Shown here piece by piece: positions 27,479 to 41,798 of a stretch of 64,000 nt of DNA. The number at the start of each line of letters is the position of its first letter. Positions within the stretch are counted from its first letter, which is position 1. The translations under genes and the position numbers were made by a program. The notes beneath the pieces were generated by a model. It did no database searches and was not told the DNA's origin. It saw nothing but the letters and a program-made list of their open reading frames with translations. The stretch spans positions 257,300,001 to 257,364,000 of the forward strand of contig OZ024743.1 of assembly GCA_964016885.1 (NCBI GenBank). The letters are read 5' to 3'. This DNA is from Eledone cirrhosa (taxonomy: Eukaryota).

Positions 27479-29882
27479 GCACATGAGTATGTATGTCTGC
27501 ATGAGTGAATTGTGCTTGCATACTGTATCCACTCATCTACCCACCTAGTGTATATAATTTACATACTTGATCCGCATCTATCCACCTACTATTTTTTTTA
27601 CTCTCTAAAATTTACCTCCTTTCATTAAAGTAATAATTGATTTGTTTATTCATGCATTTCTATGTAAAACCTTTTCAAACTCCCCAGTATACCAGTGTGT
27701 TCTTGTCTGTATGTAGTATGTATACATATGATACATAAATTTTATCACAAATTACCCACCCATATTATCCACTTTATTATCTATTCTTAAACTCTTAAAT
27801 TTTACCTAATCGTATTCTACGTTATTTTATCCTATTCTCTCATCTACTTACTAATTTACTTAGCCATTTGCTCATTTACTTTTATATAAACCAATTTTTA
27901 TTTTATTATTTTCTTAAAAGCACTCCTCTACCTCTAAGCCCTGTCTATACATAGTCTTAGTCCTCACAACCTCCATACCCTAATCTTATGACCCTTATGA
28001 ACTTTCTCCTCTTACTCCATTCCTATACACTAACCACCCCTACATCTACCCACACCACATCTCCAGACCCCTTGCCTATCCAGATATACTTACCTTTCTT
28101 TGTCCCCCACACATACTTCCTCCATAAGCCTAGCTTATGACTATGATAGATTTGATCAAACACTACCAAGACAAGTGAACTACCTTCACACACCCTGCAA
28201 ATTTTAATACACCATTGGCTTGTTGAACACATACATAAGTCAAAACCACTTGGTGCTGCATTCAGGATTTTACATATATATGCACACTCACACACACATG
28301 ACATTTAATATAAATTGTTTTTTTACTTTCTATTCCCATTTCTATTTATGGCACTTTTTGTTATCGTTGGCATAATCTTGTTATCGTTTCCCCTTGTCAG
28401 TGACATAATATATATTTTAAATAGCATTTTCATGGAATTCTTTTGTTATAATTCCCATTCTGACTTCCTTGGCAAATACCCAACGTTTCTCTCACTATAT
28501 CCACACACTTTACATATGACCTCCCAACAGTCTTTGCTCTGTCGAGGAGAACTTTAAACTCTTTATATATTAAGGAAATCCCACCAACAATAAAAGCTTT
28601 GTCTGTATATAATAAGTATCTTAGATTATGGCACTTTTCATTATCAATAAACTTGGCATGATATCGTGGTTCATTAGAGTGATTGATTCAACTGGATTCA
28701 TATAAACATAGATCAATGTGGGTTTAGGTTTGTGTGAAGGAAATGACAGAAATTAAGCGAGAGAGATTAAATTTGCTCATCTATTCAATTAACACTAATT
28801 ACTTCAATTATCTTCGAATTATTCCTACAAGGAACTTCCTTACAACAGGAGATATTCCTGTTTGCTGAGGAACATGAAGTCATAATTTTATGGCCTTTAA
28901 TGTATTCCATTTGTGGTGAATTGGCAAAATTGTTAAGACATTGGATAAAATGCTTTGCGGTATTCATTCCAACTCCTTAATTTAAAATCCCATCAAGGTC
29001 AACTTTGTCTTTCATCTTTTCAAAGTTGATATAAAAAAAGTACCATCTGGAACTTTCATCGATTCTTCATCTATATGACTTTCTCACTTTCTCATGTACT
29101 CTCTTGCTCTCTCCCTCAAAGATATTAGCTGTATTCCAACCTGGAGAGATGATGGGTTCTTTCAGATTTAAACAGTGCCCAAGATTTCACCCCCATGACT
29201 CCACCAGGAATAAGGGTCTGTACATTCAATGCATTTCATATTATATCTATTTCATTTCCAATCTTAACCATTTAACATTTAAACTAGCCGTACTGCTGTT
29301 AAGGTATTGTTCTCAAAATAAATAATATTAAAATCTCATAGTTTCGACATTATGTGAGGTAAAGCATTTACTGTAAAAATGTAAAAGTAAATATAGAGTA
29401 ATGTATTTGCTAAAGGGTTGATATAAAGTTTTATAAATATAACCACATTTTAATGCTTTTAGTTTTACAGCAGTAGTTGGCAATAGGTGAAAAATTTCCC
29501 ACAGGGTGTTGGCTGCTTTTATGTGTAATTTATGATATATTATAGATGTGGATCATGGGCAAAATTAAATATGTAAAAATAGGACATTTAGTCAATCATA
29601 TGTACTTTTTTTACAAGTCTGATACTTACTTCATCAAACTCTATTTTGTTGAACCACTAAGTTACAGGACATAAAAAAGAGGATAAACATACATAAAGAA
29701 AACATGAACACACACACACAAAAAACATACATATATATATATGTCTCTCTTAATATATATATATATACACACACAGACACACACACGTACACATATATAT
29801 ATATGTATGTATGTATGTATATATGTGTATATTCATATATATGTGTACATTCATATATATATATCTTTATATATATGTATAT

Positions 29883-29968
<86 letters not shown>

Positions 29969-30320
29969 TACCGCCTCTATTGGTCAACACTAACAGAGAG
30001 CGAAAGAGAGCGAAACATGAACTTTCCTCTCTTAAATATGTACGTAGAAACTAATAAATTTTCTTCTCTATTTTATTAGTATTCGTATAAATATGCAATT
30101 TAACTGCACTTTACACTTCCGTCGCTTAAAAAGCATATCATGCTGAAGCCCGTATACAATTAAATGTGGAAATCCCCACTTTATAAATAAATGTTTTGAT
30201 ATTATACTGAAAAAATCCCTCCAGCATTTTCTGCTGTATTTTTTCCTTTTTACTATTCATATATATATATATATAATATGGAAAACGAAGAATCAGTGAT
30301 GCATCAGAATACAATTTATT

Positions 30321-30413
30321 ACATATTACAATTGTTTCTCCGGTGAACAGCTCGAGGTGTGATCTGTTTGTAGATCGAACCTGATTCTGGATTCGCAAGT
30401 TCCTCAGATACGT
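30321..30413 (-). ncRNA. Type I HHR with 62-nt stem II in a solo pLTR-like fragment
   Basis: ACGTAT-CTGAGGA-A..AGGT tc GATCT acaaac AGATC ac ACCT..A-GAAA-CAATTGT-A-ATATGT, followed by AATAAA. Confidence 0.75.
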
Positions 30414-30804
30414 CTAGTGATTTCGAAGCAAATCTTCTTTCTGCTGGACTTCGACCCTTAGAATTTCTATCATCTGCCATCATCCTGTCTGCGTGGCGCA
30501 TCGATTGGTTAATAGTTCGAGATGTCATCTGTGTGTTTGACCATTAAAAACTGCCCACTGACATAAAAAAATATATATGCGGTGAGTATGGAAAAACAGT
30601 TTGTAATGGAATGTTACTGTGGCTGGAACAGAGTGCCTTAGTGATGTGTGATACGGGATTGAGTATACCCATGGAAATTGAACCGCCGTGTCCAGACTAT
30701 TGGGATGGCAGTGTTTAAGATAAAGTTCAGAGTCAAATGTGCAGCATTGTGTGTGTCACTGATTCTTCGTTTTTCATATTATTATACTCTGCTCCGAAGG
30801 AGCA

Positions 30805-30875
30805 TAGAGTGCTCAAAAAAGTGCATCCAGAGTGCTCAAAAAAGTGCATCATAGAGTGCTCAAAAAAGTGCATCC
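30805..30875. repeat. Short tandem repeat, three copies of about 22-24 bp
   Basis: agagtgctcaaaaaagtgcatc repeated three times. Confidence 0.8.
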
Positions 30876-30889
30876 AGGCAACCTTAATC

Positions 30890-30927
<38 letters not shown>

Positions 30928-30932
<5 letters not shown>

Positions 30933-33206
30933 CCTTTCACTAAAATACAAATTTAGGAAAGCCCTTCAAGATGTGTATGACGAAAAAAGAAGACGATTTA
31001 GAGACGTATGACATAGATAATAACTAAAATTTCTTACGTTACAACTTACTGCAGGCTACTGATGAAACGTGTGGCTGGAGCAGAGCTCCAACCTGACATA
31101 GAGTGACCTTGTGGTGGAACAGGACAGTAGATAAGGTCATTAGAGACAAAAGACTAGCATGGAAGGCTTGGAAAAAGAGTGGGAGTAGAGAAGGATATAC
31201 AGCTGCTAAGAGAGAAGCTAGATGTCAGGTGTACTTAGCACGCAGGGAGGCTGAGAGTAAGAGGTTTGCCAATGTTCTGTGACGGGAAGATCAGAGGTGT
31301 GCGGTATTCCACATTGCAAGGCAGTGTGTCAGTGCAAATCAGGATGTTGTTGGAGATGAGTGTGTCCGGAATGATGCTGGTGTACTTAGTGTTACGAATG
31401 ATCAAAAAAAGGAGGCCTGGAAATGTCATTATGAGAGACTGATGAATGTGGAGAAAAAATGGGAGAGAGAGAAATTACCCGCAGTAGATCCAACAGAGGG
31501 ACCAGCTATTAAGATTGATGAATATAGGGTACAAAGGCGATTAAGGAAATGAAAAATGGTAAGGCTGCAGGACCATCAGGGATAGTTGCTGAGATGCTGA
31601 AGCTATCAGGAGTAGTAGGCACTAAACTGGTTGCACAAATCATCAATCAAGCTATATATGGTGGTGTCACACCCAAAGACTGGTGCAGCAGTGTTCTCAT
31701 AAATTGCTAGAAAGGTAAAGGGGATGCTCTGGAGAGGAGCAAGTATAGAGGTATAAAACTGATGGATCAGATTATGAAAGTGGTAGAAAGGATATTAGCA
31801 CAACTAATTAGAGAAAGGGTCAAACTAGATGAGATGCAGTTAGGTTTTGTACCTGGGAAGAGAACAACAGATGCCCTCTTCTTGGTGAGACAACTACAAG
31901 AGAGGTTCTTAGAGAAAAATAAGCCACTATACTTAGCCTTTGTTGACCTAGAGAAAGCCTTTCATAGAGTACACCGATCTGTCATCTGGTGGTCTCTAAG
32001 GAAACTATGTGTTGAGGAATGGCTTGTGAGGACAGTGCACACTTTGTACAGAGGTACTGTCAGTAAAGTCAGGGTAGGAATGGAGTTTAGTGAGGAATTC
32101 CAGATACAAGTTGGAGTACATCAAGGTTCGGTCCTCAGGCCGTTCTTGTTCATTATAGTCCTCCAAGCCATAACAGAAGAGTTTAAGACTGGCTGTCCAT
32201 GGGAACTTCTCTATGCTGACGATCTGGTTCTTATAGCAGAATCAGTAGAGGAGCTAGAGAATAAATTCTGGCTATGGAAACAGCAGTTCGAAGCAAGAGG
32301 ACTGAGAGTGAACCTAGCTAAGACAAAAGTGTTGATGAGTAGAAAAGAGGACAAAACTCTGATTCCGTCAGGGAAATGGCCATGTTCGATATGAAGAAAA
32401 GGAACTTGCAGAAATTCTATAAAATACACACAATGCAGATCCTGGGTACACAAGAGATGTAGTTGGATAGCAGGCAAACTAACAGGTAGGGAAAAATACG
32501 TATGCAGTAGATGTACAGGGAAATTAGACAGTAGAAGTCGCATTGATAGACACATTTTTCAAATGCAGGCGGTTACTATAGAAGTGGTGAATAGCTTCCA
32601 GTACCTAGGAGATCAGATTAGCATGGGAGGGGGGTGTTCCGAGGCCATAGTATCTAGAATAAGGACGAGTTGGAAGAGGTTTAGGGAGCTGCTTCCTCTG
32701 CTGATGAAGAAGGGTTTCTCCCTGCGTACGAAAGGACGGTTATATGATGTCTGTGTGAGCAGCGCGATGCTGCATGGTAGTGAGACATGGGCAGCAACTG
32801 CAGAGGATATGCAACGGCTGGAGAGAAATGAGGCAAGCTTGCTCCGTTGGAAGTGCAATGTCAATGTGTGTGAACGACCCTGCATGGATGTGTTGAGAGA
32901 GAAACTGTGTTTGAGAGGGATAGAATTTAGTGTGCGAGAGAGGAGACTGAGGTGGTATCGACATGTGTTGCGCATGGAGGATGACCGATGGGTGAAGAAA
33001 TACCAGGAAATGTCAGTTGAAGGAAGACGTGGTAGAGGTAGACCACGAAAAACATGGGCGGAGGTGGTGAGAACAGACCTCATTTCACTGAAGCTCACAG
33101 TGGAGATGACGAAGGACCGTTACAATTGGAGAGATGCTGTGCTGAATAAGACACTTCCCACCCTTGCAAGCAGGGAAAAGCGGACGTAAAATGATGATGA
33201 TGATGA
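30928..33206 (+). mobile_element. 5'-truncated RTE-clade LINE (family 2), disrupted
   Basis: WWN, GKAAGPSG, YRGIKL, FVDLEKAF, GVHQGSVL, LLYADDLV, FQYLG, MLHGSETW, RGRGRPRKTW. (GAT)n tail. Confidence 0.93.
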
Positions 33207-33249
33207 TATATATATATAATAATATATATATAAGTATACATATATATGT

Positions 33250-33583
33250 GAAGGCACGTGGCTTTATGGTTAGGGTATTCAGCTCACAATCCTAAGGTCC
33301 TGAGTTAGATTGTTGGCAGTGCCCCTGAGCAAGACACTTTATTTCAAGTTGCTCCAGATGTCTCAGCTGTAGAAATGGGTTACAACATCACTAGTGCCAA
33401 TCTGTATGAGCTTCTGCCCATCCCTTGGACAACATTGGTGGCATGGAGAGAGGAGAATTGTATGCATGAGCGACTCCTGGTCTTCCACAAACAATATTGT
33501 CTGGAAGTGTGCCTCGGAGGAGAACTTTCTAGGTGCAAATCCCATGCTCATTCATGACTGAAGGGAGTCTTTACTCTTTACCC
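33250..33583 (+). mobile_element. tRNA-derived SINE family C
   Basis: A-box-like gtggctttatggttagggt, CORE-like ctgagcaagacactttatttca. Matches 13269-13580. Confidence 0.75.
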
Positions 33584-34169
33584 TATATGTATGTTTATAT
33601 GCATGTATTATATGTCCGGTCACTCATTATTGCTGTTGGTAACATGTAATCCAGTACAACCTGTGCTTGGTCGGGTTGTTGGTGACTAAACCGGCAAACC
33701 CACCAAGCTTGCTTGGTGAGAAGGATGAATTTGGTCACCTGCAAGATGAAAACAACCTGGAAGAGTCAGCGGCCAGCCAATAAAGTATTTGTTTGTGGAG
33801 TGAGACACCCCTAGTGTACATTAAAACATCTCTCTCTAGGAGAAAGTCACTCTGATATTAAACATGCAACTTTGTCTGCATCCAATGATGTAGACCAGTT
33901 CTTCTTTTTGGGCAAATGTATTCAATGTTTAGAGAGTGAGACTGGCCCTGTGCAAAGCTTTTCCTCACTTAAAAAAAGCTTCAACCACAGCCAATGCTTG
34001 ATATGTAACATTTTCTTTTTGCTATGCATTATATTGCTGGCCATAGGCAAGTCCCTAGCTGGATTAAAAAGCTACATCTGTGATGCTCATGCTTAAGTAT
34101 CAAGTGATGGCATTACTTGAAATCGAGTTGCCGCCATCATCTATGTGTGTATATATATGCATGTATTTG

Positions 34170-34640
34170 TTATTTATCTATTTATTTATTTTTATTCCAG
34201 ATGAAAGGCTGAGGCCATGCTGAGGCACTACCACTGATACTACACTTTCTATAGCCAGCCCTCCCTGGTTGGCCATTGATGCTGCAATCTTGGGCAGTAG
34301 AATGTCATAATGTCCTTTGAAACATCTACATGCACACCATGTAGATCTCACAGATATTTTGACAGCTTACTAAAAAGCTTGTGTACCTTGAACCCCAGGC
34401 TATTGCAGTATGTGGTCTTTATTCTTGATGCGACAGATGAGACCTTTGGCATTATACAGTGATGTCCTGTTTGTGAGCTGGTCTTGCCCTCAATGATGAA
34501 GTTTGGTGCTAACCATTCCAAGATGTTCCATATATAAATATAACTGCGTATCTCTCCCGTCTCCGCTCCATGGAGTAAAGCTTTAATATCTTCAGCCTCT
34601 CACAGTAGCTCATCTCTTTCATTCAGGCAATCTCCTTGTT
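34170..34640 (-). mobile_element. CR1/Jockey-like LINE 3' remnant
   Basis: Minus strand IRTTYCNSLGFK..QLFSKL..LHGVHVDV. Related plus-strand piece at 38800-38985. Confidence 0.55.
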
Positions 34641-34729
34641 TTAAGCTTCATTTGACACTGTGGGGCAACAAGAGCCATGCCCCAGCATGGCCTCAGTCAG
34701 ATAGCTGGTACATGTAAAAGAGTAAAATA

Positions 34730-34767
<38 letters not shown>

Positions 34768-35258
34768 TACATGCTGTGAAGTGGTTGGTAATAGGAAGGC
34801 CATCCAGCCATAGGAAGCTTGCCAAACAAAGGATTGGGAGGACCCTCAGTTGTCTCAATAAGATGACAACCTCTCCTGTACACTTGATAGAAAGTGAGAC
34901 TCCTGTCTTCGGTACTGACTTGGTCTATGTAGACATGTCCAACCCTTGCTAGCAGAGAAAACAGACTTTAAAACAATCATGATGATGATATATATTCTGT
35001 TGGTTATCTTTTGGTTCTAACAGCAGCTTAATCAGTTATTCAAATAACTTAACATCCTGCTCATGAAATTAATGCCTAATTTGCTGACCATTCCACAAGC
35101 ATGTATAACTTTGATATATTTCTTGATGAGATTCAGCATGACAAATAGTATAATAAGACCAGCCCTTTTACATAGAGGCGTAACTCCTTTTTAGTATTGT
35201 GAAATAAACTGTTTTGATCAAGGGCACAATGCAGAAATCGAACATACGACCTTTTGCT

Positions 35259-35309
<51 letters not shown>

Positions 35310-35317
<8 letters not shown>

Positions 35318-35540
35318 TAAAATAAGAGATTAAAGTTTAAGCAAAGAATCGCTGCTTTCACCCTTAACGGGATCTTCTGACTTTCAGAAGATCCCGTTAA
35401 GGGTGAAAGCAGCGATTCGTTGCTTAAACTTTAATCTCTTATTTTAATAAATATTTGCTCTACGGTTCTTATATATCTAATATATATTTATCCTTATCGA
35501 GCCCTCTTTGGATTTTAGTCTTCAAATTTATTATTTTTAC

Positions 35541-35545
<5 letters not shown>
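35310..35545. repeat. Head-to-head CAGAAGA-family pLTR palindrome
   Basis: 35310-35380 / 35384-35454: about 70-bp arms, one mismatch, 3-nt spacer. Confidence 0.9.
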
Positions 35546-35571
<26 letters not shown>

Positions 35572-36027
35572 ATGTCGAAGTACATGAAATACTTGACATC
35601 CCTTCGCTGTGCATCTCCAATACTTTTAACACTTTTAATGCTTGCACTATTTTTAATGCTTATAACATTTCTCCACACACAGACTATATCAATCATATAA
35701 AGAATTTGCCACCAGATCTACCAACTTAACACTCTTGTTTACCTACATAAGTGCCTCTACCACACATATCTCTCTGCCACACTATATAAACAAGACGCAC
35801 ATGCGTGCCACACATATAACATTTGCACTATATAACCGCTTATCTTCATGTTGTATTTTAACCTGTATTTTTGATTTTTGATTGTACCTCTTAATATGAA
35901 TGTAATCTCGAAGTGTGTACTGCCACTCTAAATTCTGTAATGAATGTTGACCCACAATATTTGCATATGTATTGGTATGTCTCTTGGCTGAAAAGGAGGT
36001 CATAGAACTGTCCATGCATTAATAAAT

Positions 36028-36074
36028 TGCTCCGAAGAATCCAAACCTCGGTTTGGAGGAAACAGCTGTAAGCA
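36028..36074 (+). ncRNA. Type I HHR motif (core CCGAAGA) in a solo pLTR-like fragment at about 35565-36110
   Basis: TGCT-CCGAAGA-A TCCAAAC ctcg GTTTGGA G-GAAA-CAGCTGT-A-AGCA. Confidence 0.7.
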
Positions 36075-36114
36075 TAATAATGTTTTGAACAGTTCTTTGA
36101 TTCTTATATTTCAT

Positions 36115-36176
<62 letters not shown>

Positions 36177-36204
36177 GTGGTCGTAGTCATAGTCATAGTA
36201 GAAG

Positions 36205-36249
<45 letters not shown>

Positions 36250-36771
36250 TCAAGTTCTCAAGTTGGTGAATCAACAGTAATGTAAGGTTCCAATAAACTA
36301 TATATATATATATGCAGACACACACATAAGGGTGTCAGAAAAATGTGAAGAAAGCAATCGCTATTGATGGTAATGAACTGAATATATGACAATGGTGAAG
36401 CTATGCTGTTTTCCCTAAACATGTTTGACGTAAATGAAATAGTGTTTATTTGAATAAAAATGTCATTTAATTTAAAGAATAGGTGTTGAATTTGTTTATC
36501 AGTTTATCAATAGCAACTAACGTTTTGTAAAATATACTTATCTAATGGATAATCTTTTCTTTTTCTTTTCTGTTTCTTTCCTTTCATTCACTTAGTTATG
36601 TATGTATATGTACATATCTATATATGTATATGTAGATATGTATATATATGTACATATGTAATTATATATACTATTACACACACATACATATATATATACA
36701 TAATATATATATATATATGTGTGTATATATATATGTATATATATATATATATATATGTAAATATACACACA

Positions 36772-36836
<65 letters not shown>

Positions 36837-36837
<1 letters not shown>

Positions 36838-37175
36838 GAGGCATATGGCTTAGTGGCTTTGCAATCGAAAGGTTGTGAGTTCAATTCTCGGACAGGGTGA
36901 TGTGTTGTTTCCTTGAGCAAGAGACTTTATTTCACATTGTTCCAGTTTACTCAGCTGTAGAAATGAGATGGTAGGGACTGAGGTCCATATCATTCCACTG
37001 CAAAGTGGTCGTGGAGGTGCCACGGCAAAAAAGGCACCCAGCACTCACTGTAAATGAGGTTGGTGTTAGGAAGGGCATCCAGCTGTAGAAATCAAGCCAG
37101 AATCAGTTCCCATCCCACCCTTGCAAGCAGGGAAAAGCGGACATAAAATGATGATGAGGAGGATGATGATGATGA
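36837..37175 (+). mobile_element. tRNA-derived CORE-like SINE family B with RTE-derived tail
   Basis: ggaggcatatggcttagtgg..gagttcaattc..ccttgagcaagagactttatttcac..ccacccttgcaagcagggaaaagcggac (GAT)n. Confidence 0.85.
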
Positions 37176-37245
37176 TATATATATATATACTATATAATAT
37201 GTGTGTGTGTGTATATATATATGCATATATGTGTGTGTATATATA

Positions 37246-37332
<87 letters not shown>

Positions 37333-37338
37333 ATATAC

Positions 37339-38313
37339 CACTATTAGCCGCTAAAGGGTTCTCCCTAAAAATGAAAGGCAGGTTGTATGATGCCTGCATA
37401 CGAACAGCAATGCTGCATGGCAGTGAGACCTGGGCATTGTGTGCAGAGGATATACGCAGACTAGAGAGGAACGAAGCTTGCATGCTCCGCTGGATGTGTA
37501 ATAGTAATATACGTGAACGGCAAAGCATAAACGAACTAAGGAAAAAATTAGAAATAAGAGGGATCAGATGTTGTTTACTCGAGAGAAGGCTACGTTGGTA
37601 CGGTCACGTGATGCGCATGAAAGACGACAGCTGTATAACAAAGTGCAGGGCAATAAAGATAGACGGTAGCCACGGAGTAGGCAGACCCAGAAAAACATGG
37701 GACGAGCTGATAAATTCCGACCTCACACGCTTACACCTCTCCAAGACAATGTCACTGGACCGAGACCTTTGGCGGTACTCAGTAATAGAGAAGACCCGCC
37801 TTACCTAAATACAAAGTAAAAACCTACTACAGTCAGTAGGCATCTCTATCAAAACACACCCCCGTCCCACCACCTCCACCCCACCCACACCGCCACTTTC
37901 AATGTAAAGTTAAGTTGGTCCCACAACATCCAGGCCGAAACAAATGAGATCGTGTAGGTGTCACGACAAAAAACACACAGTCCACGCTGTAAATGTGGCC
38001 GTGTAGGCAACACGGTAAAAACCTCCCAGCCCCACACTGTAAATGTGGTTGGTGTTAGGAAGGGCATCCAGCTGTAGAAAACCCGCCAGACAGTCCACGC
38101 TGTAATGTGGCCGTGTAGGCAACACGGTAAAAACCTCCCAGCCCCACACTGTAAATGTGGTTGGTGTTAGGAAGGGCATCCAACTGTAGAAAACCCGCCA
38201 GACAGTCCTATGCGAGCAAGACAACCACTCTTGCCTCAAGTGGGAAAACCCCCGTCCAAACCCATGCAAGCGTGGAACACGGACGCTAAACCTGATGATG
38301 ATGATGATGATGA

Positions 38314-38317
<4 letters not shown>
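37339..38317 (+). mobile_element. RTE family 1 3' fragment
   Basis: [27 protein letters not shown]. The 3' UTR has a ~115-bp tandem duplication (37977-38207). Confidence 0.92.
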
Positions 38318-38355
<38 letters not shown>

Positions 38356-38984
38356 TGGGGGGTAGATGCACATTTCTGTTATACATACATAAATATTGAC
38401 CAATGAAAATGAAATTCATGTCAACTACAGATATGATATAATTAAAGTTTCATTAAAATTATATATTGTTTGCATAAAAATGGTTACATTATATATTGTT
38501 GGTTATACAAAAATGTCCTATTGTTTGATCACCAGGTTATTATTATTATTACTACTATTAATCATGCTGAGAATTTTGTAAACAAATGAAATTGCAGAGA
38601 GTTTGTCTGTCAAACTTTTGATTGCAAGTTTAATCCTGCAACAAGTGCTTTATATTTCTGATTTTTTTATCATTGTTTGGGGTTTTTTCTAATCTAGAGA
38701 TATGTTCAGAACTAACACCTACGTAATTAGCACATTAGGTTAACCTTCGGCTCTACTTGGAGTGCCTTTCTTATTTCCCTATCAAGTAACTATACTCCAA
38801 ACAACTTTGGTCCCATCCATTGGGTCACATCCATTGCATCAAGAATAAGGACCACATACTGCAATAGCCTTAGGTTCAAGAGATCCCAGCTTTTTAATAA
38901 GCTGCCAAAAAATCTACATGGTGTGCATGTGGATGTTTTCAAGAGACATCTCAACATCCTACTGAACAAGATCTTAGTTGAACC

Positions 38985-40060
38985 CATTGCTGCCCATGTC
39001 TCACTACCATGCAACTTCGCGCATCTCACACAGGCATCATATAACCATCCATTCCTACTCTCACTTTACTGACAGCACCCCTGTACATAGCTTGCACTGT
39101 CCTCACAAGCCATTCTCCTAGTTTCCTTAGGGACCACCAGATGACAGATCGGGGTACCCTATGAAAGGCCTTCTCTAGGTCAACAAAAGCTAACTATAGT
39201 GGCTTATTCTTCTCTAAGAACCTCTCTTGTAATTGCCTCACTAAGAAGAGGGCATCTGTTGTACTTTTCCAAGGCACAAAACCAAACTGCATCTCATCTA
39301 ATTTGACCCTTTCTCTAATCAGTTGCGCTAATATTCTCTCAGCCACTTTCATAAACTGATCCATCAGTTTTATACCCCTATAATTGCTCCTCTCCAGAGC
39401 AGCCCCTTTACCTTTGCAGCAATTTATGAGAATACTGCTGCACCAGTCTTTGGGTCTGACACCACCATATATAGCTTGATTGATGATGTGTGCAACCAAT
39501 TTAGTGCCTACTTCTCCTGATGCCTTCAGCATCTCAGCAACTATCCCCGATTGTCCAGCAGCCTTACCATTCTTAATTTCCTTAATTGCCTCTTGTACCC
39601 TATATTCGTACCCTATATATAATAGCTGGTCCCTTGTCGGGTATACTGGTTGTAATTTCTCTCTCTCCCATTCGTTCTCCACATTCATCAGTCTCTCATA
39701 ATGACATTTCCAAGCCTCCTTTTTTATATCATTCGTGACACTAAGTACACCGGCACCATTCCGGACACACTTATCTCCAACAACATCCTGATTTGCACTG
39801 ACACACTGCCTTGCAATGTGGAACACCGCACATCTCTGATCTTCCCATCGCAGAACATTGGCAAACCTCCTACTCTCATCCTCCCTGTGTGCTAAGTACA
39901 CCTGACATCTAGCTTCTCTCTTAGCGGCCGTGTGTCCTTCTCTATTCCCACCATTTTTCCAAGCCTTCCATGCCAGTCTTTTGTCTCTAATGGCCCTATC
40001 TACCGTGCCATTCCACCACCAGGTCACTCTCTGTCTGGTTGAAGCTCTGCCCCAACCACA
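38985..40060 (-). mobile_element. RTE family 2 internal fragment with deletions
   Basis: ORF 39194-40027 is colinear with 31070-31930. Confidence 0.9.
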
Positions 40061-40156
40061 ATGATGTCTAGCAATATATTTATTAATTAGAAGAAATTAA
40101 CATATAGTTAAATTAATCAAACAAATTTGTAATAAAACTGTTATCCTTTAAGCTTT

Positions 40157-40349
40157 AATAATTGCTTCTACATTTGGCACAAGGCCAGCAATTACCCAGT
40201 ACATTACTGGTACTTTATTTTATCGACCCCGTAAGGATGAAAGGCAAAGTTGACCTCGGCAGGAATTGAACTCAGACTGTAAAGGGCCGTAACTCTGTGC
40301 TGAAAAGCATGGCGTCCGACCTTCTACCAATACTGCCAATCCACAGCCA
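40157..40349 (-). mobile_element. SINE family A copy with TSD
   Basis: Matches 8897-9089. Direct repeat TAAGCTTTAATAAT at 40149 and 40350. Confidence 0.88.
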
Positions 40350-41278
40350 TAAGCTTTAATAATGAGCCTCTCTGAATCCTGTACCCTAGGTAGTTGCCTA
40401 GTTGGTGTTAATGGACATGTTTTAATGTAATTTACAGTTAGGTAACCTGATGTAAACTATCGCCGATTCGATGATACAAGACAGTGCATTTTGAAGTATT
40501 TTATTTAAATTTAAACCAGTTCTGAAAATTATATAAAAAGTAATAAAATCCTATTACATTATGTTCGAAACAGCAATATTGAATAACTAGTGGAAACATG
40601 AACTATTTTACGAAATTCCTTCAAATTCAAGATCATTTAAAAAACCAATTGAAACACTGGGACAAGGTATTTTGTTTGAAATATGGTCATGAATGAGTTA
40701 GAAATGTCTCCTTTAATCACTAACAACCTGAAATGAAACCTCGCTTTTTATTCAATACATACACAAGGAAATAGAACTGGTCCTGTAAGAGTCACTGTGG
40801 GGTTTGTGTGTAATCTTTAGCTTTATCTGTCTCTTTTTATAATTTAATCTGTTTGAAGCCTATATTTATTACACCAGGAAAGAAATATAAATAATGTTTT
40901 TTGTACCTGTTATAGTAGTATTTCATCCAATCTCTTGAAAATATAAAGCATTGACAAGGCATTGACTTTATCATGGCTTTTCTTGAATGGCTACTTTAAT
41001 GTAAAGAGTTGCCACTTCTATTGCAGGTTGTTCTGTGACAGGAGGTGGGATTTGAACTCAGTACACACATTGCCAAAATAGATAGCACAAAGCATCCTAC
41101 ATAACTCTTTAACAATTATGCCAACCTACCATTCATGGACTGGTATTTTATTTATTGATCCAAAAAAGGATGAAAGGCAAAGTTGAGCATGGAATAATTT
41201 GAAGAGTTTAGAGACAGAACAACTACAGAAATTTTAATCATATATGCTATCGATGCCATTAATTCACTGACACACACA

Positions 41279-41352
<74 letters not shown>

Positions 41353-41798
41353 AATATATATACATATACATACATATATCATTAGACATAACAGTCTCTA
41401 ATTTAGACACAATGCCAGCAGGTTGGGAGTAGGGGAAAATTGGTTGCATCATCCCCAGATCTTAACTGGTACTTTATTTTAACAAATTTGGAAGGACCTC
41501 AGAACAAAGGGTTTGTAACTAAATGTTGCATCGCATTTTTCTGATGCTCCAACAATTCTGCCTAGCCACAGCATTTATATCATTAAATATAATGAAACTG
41601 TATAAACCATTTTGTTATTATTTTCCTAATGAAATACCTCGATTATATGTAGTAATTAATTTTGAAAATAATTTTTTTTTAAAGTTGGAGGAATTTAGTA
41701 ACAACTTTTTCATTATTAAGCTGATGTTTGCAGCATAACTTAAAATTTCTTACATGACATTATGATGGAATGATTTTAGATAAATCTAAACAAGTGAA

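Noticed and set aside
30805-30875. CRISPR-like repeats
   Set aside because: No spacers, eukaryotic context, simple tandem repeat.
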